DNA of 64,000 nt from Antedon mediterranea. Taxonomy: Eukaryota > Animalia > Echinodermata. The position numbers and the translations under genes are program-made. Under the pieces are notes generated by a model, which ran no database searches, was not told the DNA's origin, and was given only the letters and a program-made list of their open reading frames with translations. Below, in pieces: positions 25,205-36,758 of the stretch. Position 1 is the first letter of the stretch. Every line of letters starts with the position of its first letter. Where the stretch lies: positions 2,108,001 to 2,172,000 of the forward strand of contig NC_092672.1 of assembly GCF_964355755.1 (NCBI RefSeq). Reading direction: 5' to 3'.

Positions 25205-27611
25205 ATGGGTGGAATTTCAATAATAAAAGCGGTGACAACACGAAGTATGTTTTCCGTACATGCCCTGGTGTCGGTCTATCATGTAGTCGACGTTCTGGAC
25301 GACTTAACATACTGGGCTATATGCTTGTCGTTGGTGGCGCTAGGCTTTGAAACGGCTTATACCATAGTGAAACGAGATGGTAACGAATGGAAATGGTGAG
25401 TGGATAATAACTAGGTTTATTGAAATAAAATTGTACAAATAAAATCTCTGGTCTTTAATCAGATATTATTTGATTGAAAATATGAAAAATCCAATTTGTT
25501 ATGATTCACACTTTTCAGCCCTCCCAAATTTCTCGATACATCGCGGATTTTTTTAATTTTTCGGTAATTCCAAATAACTGCCGAACCAACGAAGAGTTTT
25601 GTGTGAAAGCGCCCTCTATTCTTTGAAGTAAATTTTATAGCGCCCGCTATCACATTATCGATTACAGGTTTTGCCCCAGTGTGTTATTTTACCTGTGTTG
25701 TATGGTACCAGTCGTTTGGGTATTGGAACTCGATATTTTGAAGCGACGACTTAATGCAGATAAGGTAAAGTTACAAAGCATACAAACATAGAGGCATTGT
25801 TATTGAAAACATTATATTTCTAGCAAAAAAAACCCGCCAAAAATACACAATTTGCCACTCGTTTTACTGTTTTTGTATGAGGCATATTATACACAACATT
25901 AAGCCAATGTATTATGTCACTCCAACATGGAGTTTAATTTCTTGGATACAAGTACAGCCCTTTGGGACACTCATATTCAAGGGACAACCTTTTTTCATGA
26001 ATGATTGGAAATACATGTTTTAACACTATATGACCAACCCTTAGATTCAGGGACGATTCGGCCCTGAGACGATTCGGCCCGGGACTATTCGGCCCACTTT
26101 TGGTGGGACGATTCCGCCTACTTTTGGGCCGAAACATCCCACTTTGTGGGGGGTTTGTGGGCCAAAACATCTCACTTTAGACCATTTTTTTGGTATTTAT
26201 CAAGTTTTTAAAGGTGTTCAATAATCTGTATTTTATTGATATTGACAATGTTGATATAATTTATATAATAAATTACTAAAAAAACCTAATTTTATATTCA
26301 ATTTATTACTTCGAAAACCTTGTTTATTTCGTGCATTCGCCAAGCGGCCAACAGAGGGCGTAACTTGTTTACAACGTTCGTGTGACTTAAAAAATGATCA
26401 TTTTCGACAATGTTTTCAAAATGTTTGCTTTATTGCATCTTTATACCTAGTAGTACTACCCCATAGTCTCTCTGGAAATAAAGTTTGGGGAAAAAGGCTT
26501 ATTTTATGCTTATAAAATGGATATCAAAGCCGATAAATTTAAGTGTGCCGAATCGTCCCAGGGCCGAATCGTCCCGGGCCGAATCGTCTCAGGGCCGAAT
26601 CGTCCCGGGCCGAATCGTCCCGGGCCGAATCGTCTCAGGGCCGAATCTTCCCGGGCCAAATCGTCTCAGGGCCGAATCATCCAGTTACCCACATTTAATA
26701 AGAAGACATTTTGCTGTGTCCCGAAGGTGTCCTTTTAATAAAGGAAGGGAGATTTATTTAAGAAAAGTGTCGAGTGATCACGTTTTTGTAATCCACAGAA
26801 TTCCGAGACAGAGCCGAGCGACGACCTGTGGTTGATAATAACAGAGCAGCTTTTGTTATTGGTTCTTATTCTCGGACGCTGGATACTACCCAAGGGTGAG
26901 GTCACACGAGATCAACTATCCCAGCTCCTGTTAGTCTATATTGGTACAGCCGCTGATATCATAGAGTTCATGGACGTTCTGAAGGAGCCTAATGTACGTG
27001 ACGATATGAGCCTGATTTGTGTCGTGCTCTTTGTCTGGTCGTGGAGTCTAATTCAATTTACCCTCGCGGTGACCGTAACGAAAGCACGTAAATCTCGTCT
27101 GGCGATGGATAACTACGGCTTAAATAATGCCGAGGAACTCGCCGAAAAGCGTAAACTAAAGAGATCGCTTTTCAAGCGATTTCCAAAATTTGCTTCGATG
27201 GCAATAAAAGATATTGTGAAAACATCTTCGTTGCTTAATAACAACGGAAGTGAAACGCCAGATATTGAAGAAAAAGAAGAGGAAGACATCGGGGAGTTTC
27301 TCAAATGTTTGGAGTCGGACTTTTGGGCCATTATGGTAACACTTGTCTTACAAGATGGCCCCTTTCTTATTATTCGGATGATGTTGTTGATTTTCTTTCA
27401 TGTTGTTAGTTACACTAGTATCTTCTTCACATGTAAGAATGTAATGGTCATCGCTCTGCTTATATATCGATTGGTTGTTCTTCACAACGAACGAAAAGAC
27501 GAAGAAAATAGTAAACAAACTGAAGAGATGACAAAAGAGACTTATAATATTTACAGAACCAGTTTTGGTGTTGCATACAGAATAGCTCAACTTGATACCA
27601 GTACAGACTAG
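25205..27611 (+). CDS. TMEM26: TMEM26-like multipass membrane protein, copy B (3 coding exons, ~366 aa)
   Basis: Exons 25205-25395, 25668-25764 and 26799-27611 total 1101 nt in frame, with the same intron phases as copy A. Motifs EWKWFCPSVLFYL, GRWILPKGEVTRDQLSQLLLVYIGTAADIIEF, LQDGPFLIIR. Confidence 0.9.
26049..26690. mobile_element. Foldback/MITE-like insertion with inverted arrays of 15-16 bp GGCCGAATCGTCCC repeats
   Basis: Left array GGGACGATTCGGCCC (26050-26165) and right array GGGCCGAATCGTCCC (26547-26682) are in opposite orientation. It sits inside a second element with GGGACAC/GTGTCCC ends. Confidence 0.7.
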
Positions 27612-28221
27612 ATTGAACTAGGTAAAACCAGTTTTGGTGTTGCGTACCTAACTAATTAATGACTGTAGTTTAAACTTATCTAAAGTTTCAATAAGGTTGT
27701 CTAGTCATTTTACATTGTTTGGCAAGAAATATAGAGTGTTTATATAATTTATATATTTAAGATTATGACTTTCAAGTGTTCGCTCCTTTACGTTTTGTTG
27801 GCTCGTGAATGAAGGCGAACAATACACAGATACCAATAAAAAAAAAATTTCATAATTTAGCAACATTATTGATACTGTGTTAAAGTTGATGGTTATTAAT
27901 GCTGTCCTAATGAACTTACTATCCCAATACAAGACTCTCGTTACTCGTTTAAACGTAAGCTTAATAAAAGAAGAAATGCGAAGTGCTGGATTGAACTAAA
28001 ACCGCAAATACCTTGTATTTTGTTTATGGGTGCTTACTTTGTCGGCCCCGTCTGTGTAAAAAGTAATAAACTTATTGAAGTACTTTATGTATGTAAATAT
28101 GTAGAATGACACAATAAAGGTCCATTCATAGAAACTATAAAAGTCTAAAAAATGTACAATATGAGTATATAAGTGATGACATTTTGACTGTAAGGCAGAT
28201 TGTTAAGGTAGATCTATCAAG

Positions 28222-30095
28222 ATGAACGGCGTGTACACATTGGTCCTGTTTTTCGTGTTTATGTTCAGCGCAGCTTCAGGTAAGATCTTCTTTTATGCTT
28301 GGTTCCCACTAGCGACGCAACGTAACGCAATCTAGAAGGGCATTTTCTTACGTTGCGTAGGTTGCGTTACGTAGTGGGAACCACGCTTTAGATATGTGTC
28401 TACGCAGACAAAGAACTGTTTCAGTTGTTTATGGTCTATCAATGCCGAAGAAAAACTCGTTTTTCCCTCCATGGTTATTCGTTTTAATCAATGTCGCATG
28501 GCTTCTAAGCATGTATTTTATGGGCGAAGTAATAGCTCACGTTACCTCAGGTTGTGGGTTCCATCCCCGGTGTGTTCAAGAGGTCTATAGTGTTTTCTAT
28601 TACATATATTTTCTATTCTTTCTTTAGTCACCTTGTTCCTCCCCGCCCGGGGTATCGAAATGTAAACCATACTGGGAAGGTATTACAGACTCTTTTGTGC
28701 GTGAGGAATGGAGTACACCCCTTCCCCACTCCTTCCAACAAATATGCACAATACAATCGGATATGGTAAACAAGCTAAGGAAATGGAGATGAGCACCAAC
28801 TGTTGTTAGCAAATAAGCTTCGGTTTCGAATTTACTTAATTGCTTTATATTTTATGAACTAAACACCTTAGAAAGATTTATGGATAGGAGTGCTCTTGTA
28901 TGCTTAAAGGCGATTTTTTATTTTTAGCCGGCAAGGCAATTTGTCCAGAAGTTGAGGGCAGTGGCGTGTGCGTTGAACTATGTACTGATGATTCTAGCTG
29001 CGATGGCACTGAAAAGTGTTGCTCCAATGGCTGTGGACATGTTTGTCAGCAAGGTATGTAAACCCAAGGAAAATCTAACAAAAGGACACTGAGCTCGTCT
29101 TTCTGAAAACTCGTAACAGTCTTTTGATCTTATGCCTGGCTGCGACAAATACCAACATTCTCCGTGGCGCTCGGTGTAATGTTAGGGGCATGGAACTGAT
29201 CGTGACGTCAGCATCCTGTTGTTAAATCGCCTTAATAGAAATACGTTTTATTTATCAAGATATTTTAAAGATTTGTTCCTAAAAATACGAAGAAAAAAAC
29301 CTAAATAAATAGCATAACTTCCTCCCTCTATTCCCCCCCCCCCACCCCACGGTTCAATCTCCTAGTCTTTTCTGGCCTCCCAGATGATATTAAAATTGCA
29401 CTAAATTGTAAATATTGTATTGTAATAATATTGTTCTATTATGTACAGTATTAAATTGTCTGCAGTTTATATAGGATATTTGCACTTGATATGGATTAAG
29501 ATTGAGTATAACATCAATAGAAGGTTCCAGACAATAATTTAAATCACTTGCTCATTATAAATTAGCATGCAAAATGATCCACCACTGAGATAATCATTTA
29601 TATATATAAAAAAAAAATACCATTAAGTAGGCCTAGAAAAAAGACAATATCAGCTGATAAACGAGAAGGAACAGGGTAATGCATTAGGGCTAAATAAGGA
29701 TTTTTATATTTTAGCTGTTAAAAAGGGAAGCTGTCCAGCACCAGGTGGTATTGCCACATGTGAGGAACAATGTACCAATGACTTCGACTGCAATGGTAAT
29801 AGAAAGTGTTGCTCCAATGGCTGTGGACATGTTTGTGAGAAAGGTATGCAAATAATTAGTAGTCATCATACGCATTGGATTCACCACGCCGTAATCAACT
29901 CATTTTATACTACTAGAGGCATAAAAATGACAGCGGTTAAGTTTGCTGTGATTTTTATTTTTAGCCGTCAAGAAGGGCTGTCCAGCAATATCTGAAGATG
30001 TTGTTGGCATATGTGTAGACCTTTGTACCAGTGACTCCGACTGCGATGGCAATGGGAAGTGCTGCTCCAATGGCTGTGGGAATGTTTGTACTTAA
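28222..30095 (+). CDS. Secreted WAP four-disulfide-core protein W1 (signal peptide + 3 WAP, ~147 aa)
   Basis: Signal exon 28222-28279 ([19 protein letters not shown]). WAP exons 28928-29053, 29715-29843 and 29965-30095 (CP..C...C..D..C....[10 protein letters not shown]). TATA box at ~28166. Probable 3' UTR exon from 33388 with AATAAA at ~33775. Confidence 0.85.
28525..28840 (+). mobile_element. Possible tRNA-headed SINE in W1 intron 1
   Basis: B-box-like GGGTTCCATCCCCGG, a GC-richer body, and GGAGATGAGCACC near the 3' end. Single copy in this window. Confidence 0.35.
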
Positions 30096-30215
30096 GGTAT
30101 GCTAAATTAAACTATTTGGTCTTTTAGCTATGGCGGTTGGTGAAAAGTCTATGAAATATACAGTAGGTGTAGGCTCGTAATTAGTCTTTTTATTTTTCTG
30201 CCATGATAATCTTGA

Positions 30216-30564
30216 TCCTTGGGACATACTGCGTTGAAACACCGGTTCTCGTCAGATCACCGAAGTTAAGCAACGTTGGGCCCGGTTGCGTTCTGGATGG
30301 GAGACCGTCTAGAAATCGTGGCGGGTGCTGTATATACTGGAGAGTGATGGTGTAATGGTAATATCGGACTAGCATGTGATAGGCATGGGTTCGAGGTTAT
30401 CTGTACCATACTAATTGCATCCTTAGGCAAGATGCTTTACTATCATTGCCTAATCTGGTAGGCGCTGCACCGCTGGCTGCCGTGGGTCCGTGGAGGGCCT
30501 AATCGGAATTTCCTCACTGAGGACAAATATTAATACAAAATACAAATACAAATACAATACAAAT
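30216..30564 (+). mobile_element. Composite SINE: 5S rRNA-derived head + tRNA-like segment + CORE-like box + (TACAAA)n tail
   Basis: 30216-30332 follows the 5S rRNA sequence (GTTGAAACACCGGTTCTCGTCAGATCACCGAAGTTAAGCAACG..GGATGGGAGACCG..GGGTGCTGTA). It is followed by TGGTGTAATGG and GGTTCGAG boxes, CCTTAGGCAAG..CTTTAC, and the tail at 30533-30564. Confidence 0.7.
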
Positions 30565-30768
30565 TTGACTAACGTAGATTTACTGTGTAGTACCAAATGC
30601 ACACAGTACATACTGCAGAGCGCCGCCCTACGTAATTATTCTGTCCTACAACTATGCTTTATAAAAGACAAACTTGTGGTTCGTCTTATTTTTAAAGACA
30701 ACCTTATATGTTCATATTTGTTTCTCTTTCAATAAAAAAGTGATTTTCTTTTACAAATCATGTAGTCA

Positions 30769-31073
30769 ATGGGATTTAGCTAAAAAATGACCCTTTTCTC
30801 ACACAAATTGCAAGAAAAGATTTTTTTGATGAAATGTGTTCTTTAGACCCTACTGAACACATTTATCAACGTTAGGACATTTTTCGACAACGGGAAGTAG
30901 CCTAATTTGCATAATTAAAAATGGCGGCCATTTTTAATTATGCAAATTAGGCTACTTCCCGTTGTCGAAAAATGTCCTAACGTTGATAAATGTGTTCAGT
31001 AGGGTCTAAAGAACACATTTCATCAAAAAAACCTTTTCTTGCAATTTGTGTGAGTTAAAAGTCTAAATCCCAT
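30769..31073. mobile_element. Palindromic MITE-like element (128-bp arms, 1-nt loop)
   Basis: Arms 30798-30925 and 30927-31054 show one visible mismatch. Outer inverted repeat ATGGGATTTAG/CTAAATCCCAT. Confidence 0.85.
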
Positions 31074-32713
31074 ACAGGAATCGTACCTGATCAAATAAAA
31101 TTAGCTAAAGTGGTCCCAGTTTTTAAAAAGGGAAATGCAAACTTACTTAACAATTATAGACCGATTTCCGTTCTCCCCATTCTCTCAAAAATAATAGAAA
31201 AATTAATGCATACTCGTCTTTATACATATTTAACTAAACATAACATCCTAAATAATCATCAATATGGTTTTCGTAAAAAACACTCTACCTGTCACGCTAC
31301 GCTTGAACTTATACATTCAATTAATAATGCATTTGAAAATAAAGAATTTTTGTTAAGCACTTTTCTTGATCTATCCAAAGCTTTTGATGTTGTGAATCAT
31401 GATATTTTACTTTCAAAACTGTTACGTTATGGCATTAGAGGTGTTTCGTTAAAATGGTTTATTAGTTATCTTAGTAATCGTAAACAATATGTACAGATTG
31501 GTAACTGTAAATCATCGGCAAAGAACGTTCCATGTGGTGTACCACAGGGGTCGGTCCTTGGACCCTTATTATTTCTTATTTACGTAAATGACATAACCTT
31601 TGTTAGTGATACACTGAATATTGTTTCCTTTGCCGATGATACAACTTTATTTTATTCAAACAAAAATATTGATTTATTAGTAAATACCTTTAATTTAGAA
31701 TTAAATAAGATTGAAAATTGGTTCTCTTCTAATAAATTATTGATTAATACTTCAAAAACAAATTTCATTATATTTCACTCCCATCGAAACAGGCATAAAT
31801 TAAGTAACAAAAACATTCAGGTTGTTCTAAATGGTAAAAATCTGGACCGAAAAAGCGAAACTTTATTTCTTGGAATTTTAATTAATGAAAACTTAAATTG
31901 GACCGGTCATCAGAAAAATATTTCAATCAAAATGTCTAAATGCATTGGTGTTATAAACCAGATAAAATATTTTTTTCCTCAACACATTTTACTTTCTTTG
32001 TATAATTCGCTTATATTACCACATTTACTTTATTGCAATATTATATGGGCAGCTGATTATCCATCAAATTTACATAGAATTTTCATTTTACAAAAACGTG
32101 TTGTTCGATTATTAAACTTTGAACAATCTACATCTGCATCAGAACCTTTGTTTAAAAAACTTAAAATTTTAAAAATATATGACCTTCATAAACTTCAAGT
32201 TACTTCTTTTATGTTTGAATATGTTACTGGTTTACTACCAAAGTCTGTTTCAATGTTATTTTCAAATCGTTTATTAGATCATACCTATAACATAAGAAAT
32301 CCACATAAATTGTATGTTCCATTTGTTAAACTTAGAAAAAGCCAGTTTTTTATTACTTATTTAGGACCAACGTATTGGAATAATCTAGATTTAACTGCCA
32401 TCAATCATTTATATACTGTAAATTCATTTAGAAAGCATATAAAAATCCTTTATTTATCTTGTTACCAAACCTACTAAATATGTTGCGCACTGTATAATTT
32501 ATTTAATTGTATGCGTTGTATTTGTATATTTATACGGTACCGTTCTTATTTTTGTTTGAATTATTATTATTATTTTAGGGGTCAATGTGAGACAAGTTCT
32601 ACTTCTAATTTTGATCCCTAAGATGGTCTTATAATAATTGTTTATGATTGTTTATTGTAATATTGTTTGTTATATATTGTGACCATCTTAAATAAATGTA
32701 TTATTGAATTGAA
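31074..32713 (+). mobile_element. 5'-truncated non-LTR retrotransposon (L2/CR1-group LINE)
   Basis: Starts mid-ORF2 (TGIVPDQIKLAKVVPVFKKG) and reads open to 32477. The 3' UTR ends AATAAA..TTGAATTGAA. Confidence 0.9.
31110..32477 (+). CDS. LINE ORF2 reverse transcriptase, partial (no endonuclease domain)
   Basis: Motifs NYRPISVL, QYGFR, FLDLSKAFD, GVPQGSVLGPLLFLIYVND, FADD, FLGI. Confidence 0.9.
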   Translation: MVPVFKKGNANLLNNYRPISVLPILSKIIEKLMHTRLYTYLTKHNILNNHQYGFRKKHSTCHATLELIHSINNAFENKEFLLSTFLDLSKAFDVVNHDILLSKLLRYGIRGVSLKWFISYLSNRKQYVQIGNCKSSAKNVPCGVPQGSVLGPLLFLIYVNDITFVSDTLNIVSFADDTTLFYSNKNIDLLVNTFNLELNKIENWFSSNKLLINTSKTNFIIFHSHRNRHKLSNKNIQVVLNGKNLDRKSETLFLGILINENLNWTGHQKNISIKMSKCIGVINQIKYFFPQHILLSLYNSLILPHLLYCNIIWAADYPSNLHRIFILQKRVVRLLNFEQSTSASEPLFKKLKILKIYDLHKLQVTSFMFEYVTGLLPKSVSMLFSNRLLDHTYNIRNPHKLYVPFVKLRKSQFFITYLGPTYWNNLDLTAINHLYTVNSFRKHIKILYLSCYQTY

Positions 32714-32781
32714 TAATGGTTGTAGGAGAGTGTAGGCCTATCTGTCATCGTATGACGTCATAGTACGCATCATCGCGGTTA

Positions 32782-33215
32782 AAGGGTCTTTCACACCTGT
32801 TCCGGCACGGTTCCGGCGAATCGAACATCAATGTTCCGTTTTCACGACACGCGGATGCGCCAATCGATATGCGCGTAGCCGCATGAAAACGAAACATTGA
32901 TTCGATTTGATTTGGCGGCGTCAGCAAAGATTGTATAGTGCCGCTACGCGCAAGATAGGTAACTGGGTGAGACCTTTGTAATCCATGGACGCCATTCCGG
33001 CGGACAAGTTTGAACCGGAATAAAGTCGTTGTCCAGGCAATATCCACGATGTTTCGGTTAAAGAACGAAGTTGTCTAACCAAACATATCCATCAGTCCAT
33101 GGATTTACTGGGCGCGTAATGTTATAAGATAGGAGCTTGGAAACAGTTACCTATCTTGCGCCGCGTAGCGGCGCTATATAATCTTTGGCGTCAGGTCAGG
33201 TAGGTTTGAAGGCCT
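32782..33215. mobile_element. Nested MITE-like elements
   Basis: Inner inverted repeat CAAAGATTGTATAGTGCCGCTACGCGCAAGATAGGTAACTG (~32924) / CAGTTACCTATCTTGCG..CGTAGCGGCGCTATATAATCTTTG (~33187), inside outer GGTCTTTCACACCT / AGGTTTGAAGGCC ends. Confidence 0.55.
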
Positions 33216-33265
33216 CAACCTAGATGATGTGGGTTTCACACTTTGTGCTTCTAATCATTCACGTC

Positions 33266-33314
<49 letters not shown>

Positions 33315-35389
33315 GTATTATTAACCGAATTACTAAAACTTGAATAAACTCCGTACTTAATTAAAATATTGTTTCATTTATTTGTAGCATATTGGGTTTG
33401 CACGACTCGACGACATGTTTTCTGAATGTTCTACTACACTGTATATCCTACAACGTTTTTGTAAACGTAAAGATAAATATTGTTTTCTGTTTCATAGATT
33501 AGTAAACATTATAATAATTTGACATTAATCAAAAATTACTGATGAATATAATAATTGAAAGAATTCTTCTGTTTCACAGCAGAACTATAATATGAATTTG
33601 AACTTTATCAAGTTTAACAAGTTCTTTATATTTGTTGAGCGCTTTAATTAGATTAGTACTAAAAACAAAATACACAATCATTTCAAACTAATAACTCATA
33701 AATATATTCATTTTATAGTTTCAAGTAAATTTTATGAATTTTTTTACGATTATCTTTCCTATACTATTTTCTTCAATAAAACGTTATCAATCAAGCATGT
33801 GTACTGTGTTTTTATTTTTAATTGTAAATAAGAAAAGCCCGGATCATCAGGCTGGACAAGTGTGATGACGTCACGTACTAACAACGTTACATTGTACAGT
33901 GTGTTATTTTTCCTTACGTGATTTAAAGGTCTGTCTACACTATCAAAACTATTAACAAAAAAGTGTGACGTGTCCTAATTATGGTACAGTAATGATATAA
34001 CGTCATCGTGGCCATAGAAGGGCACATCACATTTTTTTAGTCATCTTAACAAACTGACCATGACTATTGATTTACAAGAAAATAAATATATTGATGACGT
34101 AAAAAATCTTCAATATGGTCCGAACAATTAAACAGCACGCCCTCTCTCGCTCTTTGGATTTTGAAATGTATTTCGGGTTTCTGAGAGCTTGATTTATTAC
34201 TTTGTAAAATCCTTGACGTCACACAATGTTACTATTAATTAGCATGCCCTCTATCGCTATCTGCATTTTGTCACTGAGTATTTCGCTCAGTTTCTGGTTT
34301 ATGCGAGCTTGATTTATTATACTTAGTAAAATACTTGACGTTACAAAACTCTATCTATCTTCAAAATGGGCTGAACAAATAAATAGCACACCCTCTATCG
34401 CTCTCTTTATTTCGTCAAGTATTTCGATCAGTTTCTGAGCGCTTTTCTCTTCCTCTTTACCCTAACATAATTTTATAAGAGTGATGAGTAGGAACTGTGG
34501 AGGAGAAGACGATTTTGAAGTGTATAAAGGATGTTTTTAGTTTACGGCAGTGGTTCTAGACGAAGTTTTGATTTAATATTAATAAAAATATAAATATTTT
34601 AGCACATATCGTGTTTCATACGTATACTACTACTACTACTACTATACTTGGGCTTGTAGTTTTCAGACAAAAATAAAAAAGCCGACTGGTGGACTAACAT
34701 AAAAAAACCAGACTTAACGCAAGTCTAGGTAGTGATTAATGTAACCATGTTCTTAATATAACACTTGAATTTAAGTCGACGATGCGTATCATGTGTTACA
34801 AGACGCATCAATGCAGCAAAATACCGTATTTTTACCGTCGCTTGTGTGCTTTCTTATTTCATTTAAAGTTCTCAACTTTATTTGGAACACGTTTTGCTTA
34901 TCTGTCCGACCGTCGACTGTTCGTCGCTACTCTTTTTAATCGTTGGATCCCGAATCATTTCGGTCGTGAGATTTGACGGACGAGCAGTTTAAAGTATAGA
35001 CACAGCAGAACTTCAGTAAAGATTAACAGGCTTGCTGTCATTACATTAAAGATGTATTGTCACCGAAAAACATAAAAAATGAAGATTAACTAAATCAGGC
35101 TTTAAATAGGTTTAAAAAGGATTTGTAGTTTTAATCAAGTTAATCACTTACTTAAAAAACGAAAAAAAAAACATGCTTTCACTTATAAAATGACAAAATA
35201 AAAGATTAAATTCAACCAATTCAACTGGCAGACTATTTTTTGCTTTAAATTTAACAGTTTTTTAGATAATAATTTTTTTTACGATCCAATTATTGGTCAA
35301 CTATTGGATAGGCCTAACTATTATGTGACATTAAAATAAATGACATATTACCTCCAGATATCGTCATTGACAATCATCCAATTACATCC

Positions 35390-35700
35390 ATAATTGACAC
35401 TGACACTCAATTAAACTGGGGTGTTTATATTGCCAACATTTACTGCATCAAGAAATGTTGGAATATTTTCTAAACTCAAACACACATACTCCGTATAATG
35501 ATTTTCACTCTACAACACTCTTATTTTACCATACTTAAACTATTGCAACATTGATTGAGCTAAACTGTTGACAAATGCACACATTATGTCCATGTACGAG
35601 CTCTGAGACATCTAAAATCATTATTTATTTAATATTCAAAAGAAAGCCCTTAGAAATTGAACTGGTGGATCTTAACGATCTCACACCAAACAACTAATTT
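35390..35700 (+). pseudogene. Degraded LINE ORF2 C-terminal relic related to the element at 31074
   Basis: Encodes LYNTLILPYLNYCNID*A and IQKKALR, versus LYNSLILPHLLYCNIIWA and LQKRVVR in the intact copy. Contains stops and frameshifts. Confidence 0.65.
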
Positions 35701-35924
35701 AAAGTGCATTGTTGTTGTTTATCTCAGCCATTATCATATTGTTTGTTTTATCTGGAGCTTCAGACTTAAAGCCATTATGGTTTATTGAAATCTCCACACA
35801 CAATCGTAATATGATGTATTGTTATTTAATATTTATCATTACAAATGTATATAAAATATGTTATGTGAAATAGAAAAAACAACTGAAAATAATTGAAACT
35901 GAAACATGATACATTTTGTTACAT

Positions 35925-36042
35925 TGTGGTTAAAAGTTTATTACGTTAGTGGTTAAAAGTTTATTACGTTAGTGGTTAAAAGTTTATTACGTTAGTGGTT
36001 AAACGTTTAATACGTTAGTGGTTAGGTTGTTACGTTAGTGGA
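35925..36042 (+). repeat. 23-bp minisatellite (TTACGTTAGTGGTTAAAAGTTTA) x~5
   Basis: Visible tandem array. Confidence 0.85.
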
Positions 36043-36758
36043 TTATGGAATCAGCGATTGATTGTCACGTAAGTGGGTGATACAGCACAATCTCAACAAT
36101 TTCGGCCGCGGCCGTCGTCTTCTCATTTCATCAATACCTCAAAAAGGATACATGTACATAAACTAAATGAAAGTTATCTGAAGTTTCAATAAGCTTGTTT
36201 AATAATTTTACATTGTTTGGCAAGAAATATGGAGTGTTTATATAATGTATATTTCAAGATTATGACTTTCAAGTGTTCTCTCCTTTACGTTTTGTTGGCT
36301 CGTGAATGAAGGCGAACAATGCAGAGATACCAATAAAAAATGAATATAACTAACTAATTTAGCGACATTATTGATACTGTGGTAAGGTTTACGGCTATAA
36401 ATGCTGTCCTAATGAACTTACTATCTCAATACAAGACCCTCGTTACTCGTGTAAACGAAAGCTTAACAAAAGAAGAAATGCGAAGTGCTGGATGAACTAA
36501 ATATCTCTACCCGGGAAGAGTGAAAGTACACTCTTTCCTACAAATACATTTTATTTCTTTTTATGATTGTTCCCTTTGTCGGTCCCGTCTGTGTAAAAGT
36601 AATAAACTTATTAAGTATTTTATATTATTAAGTAAATATGTAGAATCGTATCATATAAAGTTCTCTGAAAATTATAAAAGTCATAATAAATGTACCTCAT
36701 GAGTATATAAGTGATGACAGATGTTCGTATTGTTCAAAAGAGAAGAAGACGTCTCAAG

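Noticed and set aside
25934-26835. ORFs with GPNR/RAESS/GRIV repeats
   Set aside because: Products of the 15-16 bp repeats of an intronic foldback element.
30216-30332. Functional 5S rRNA gene
   Set aside because: Termini are diverged, the 3' half has indels, there is no oligo-T terminator, and the sequence continues into SINE body.
32745-33047. 100-aa - strand ORF
   Set aside because: Lies within GC-richer nested MITE sequence and has no recognisable motifs.
36508-36540. STAT/IRF-like motifs (TACCCGGGAA, AGTGAAAGT) in a W2-specific promoter insertion
   Set aside because: Short, imperfect matches expected by chance, and absent from the paralogous W1 promoter.
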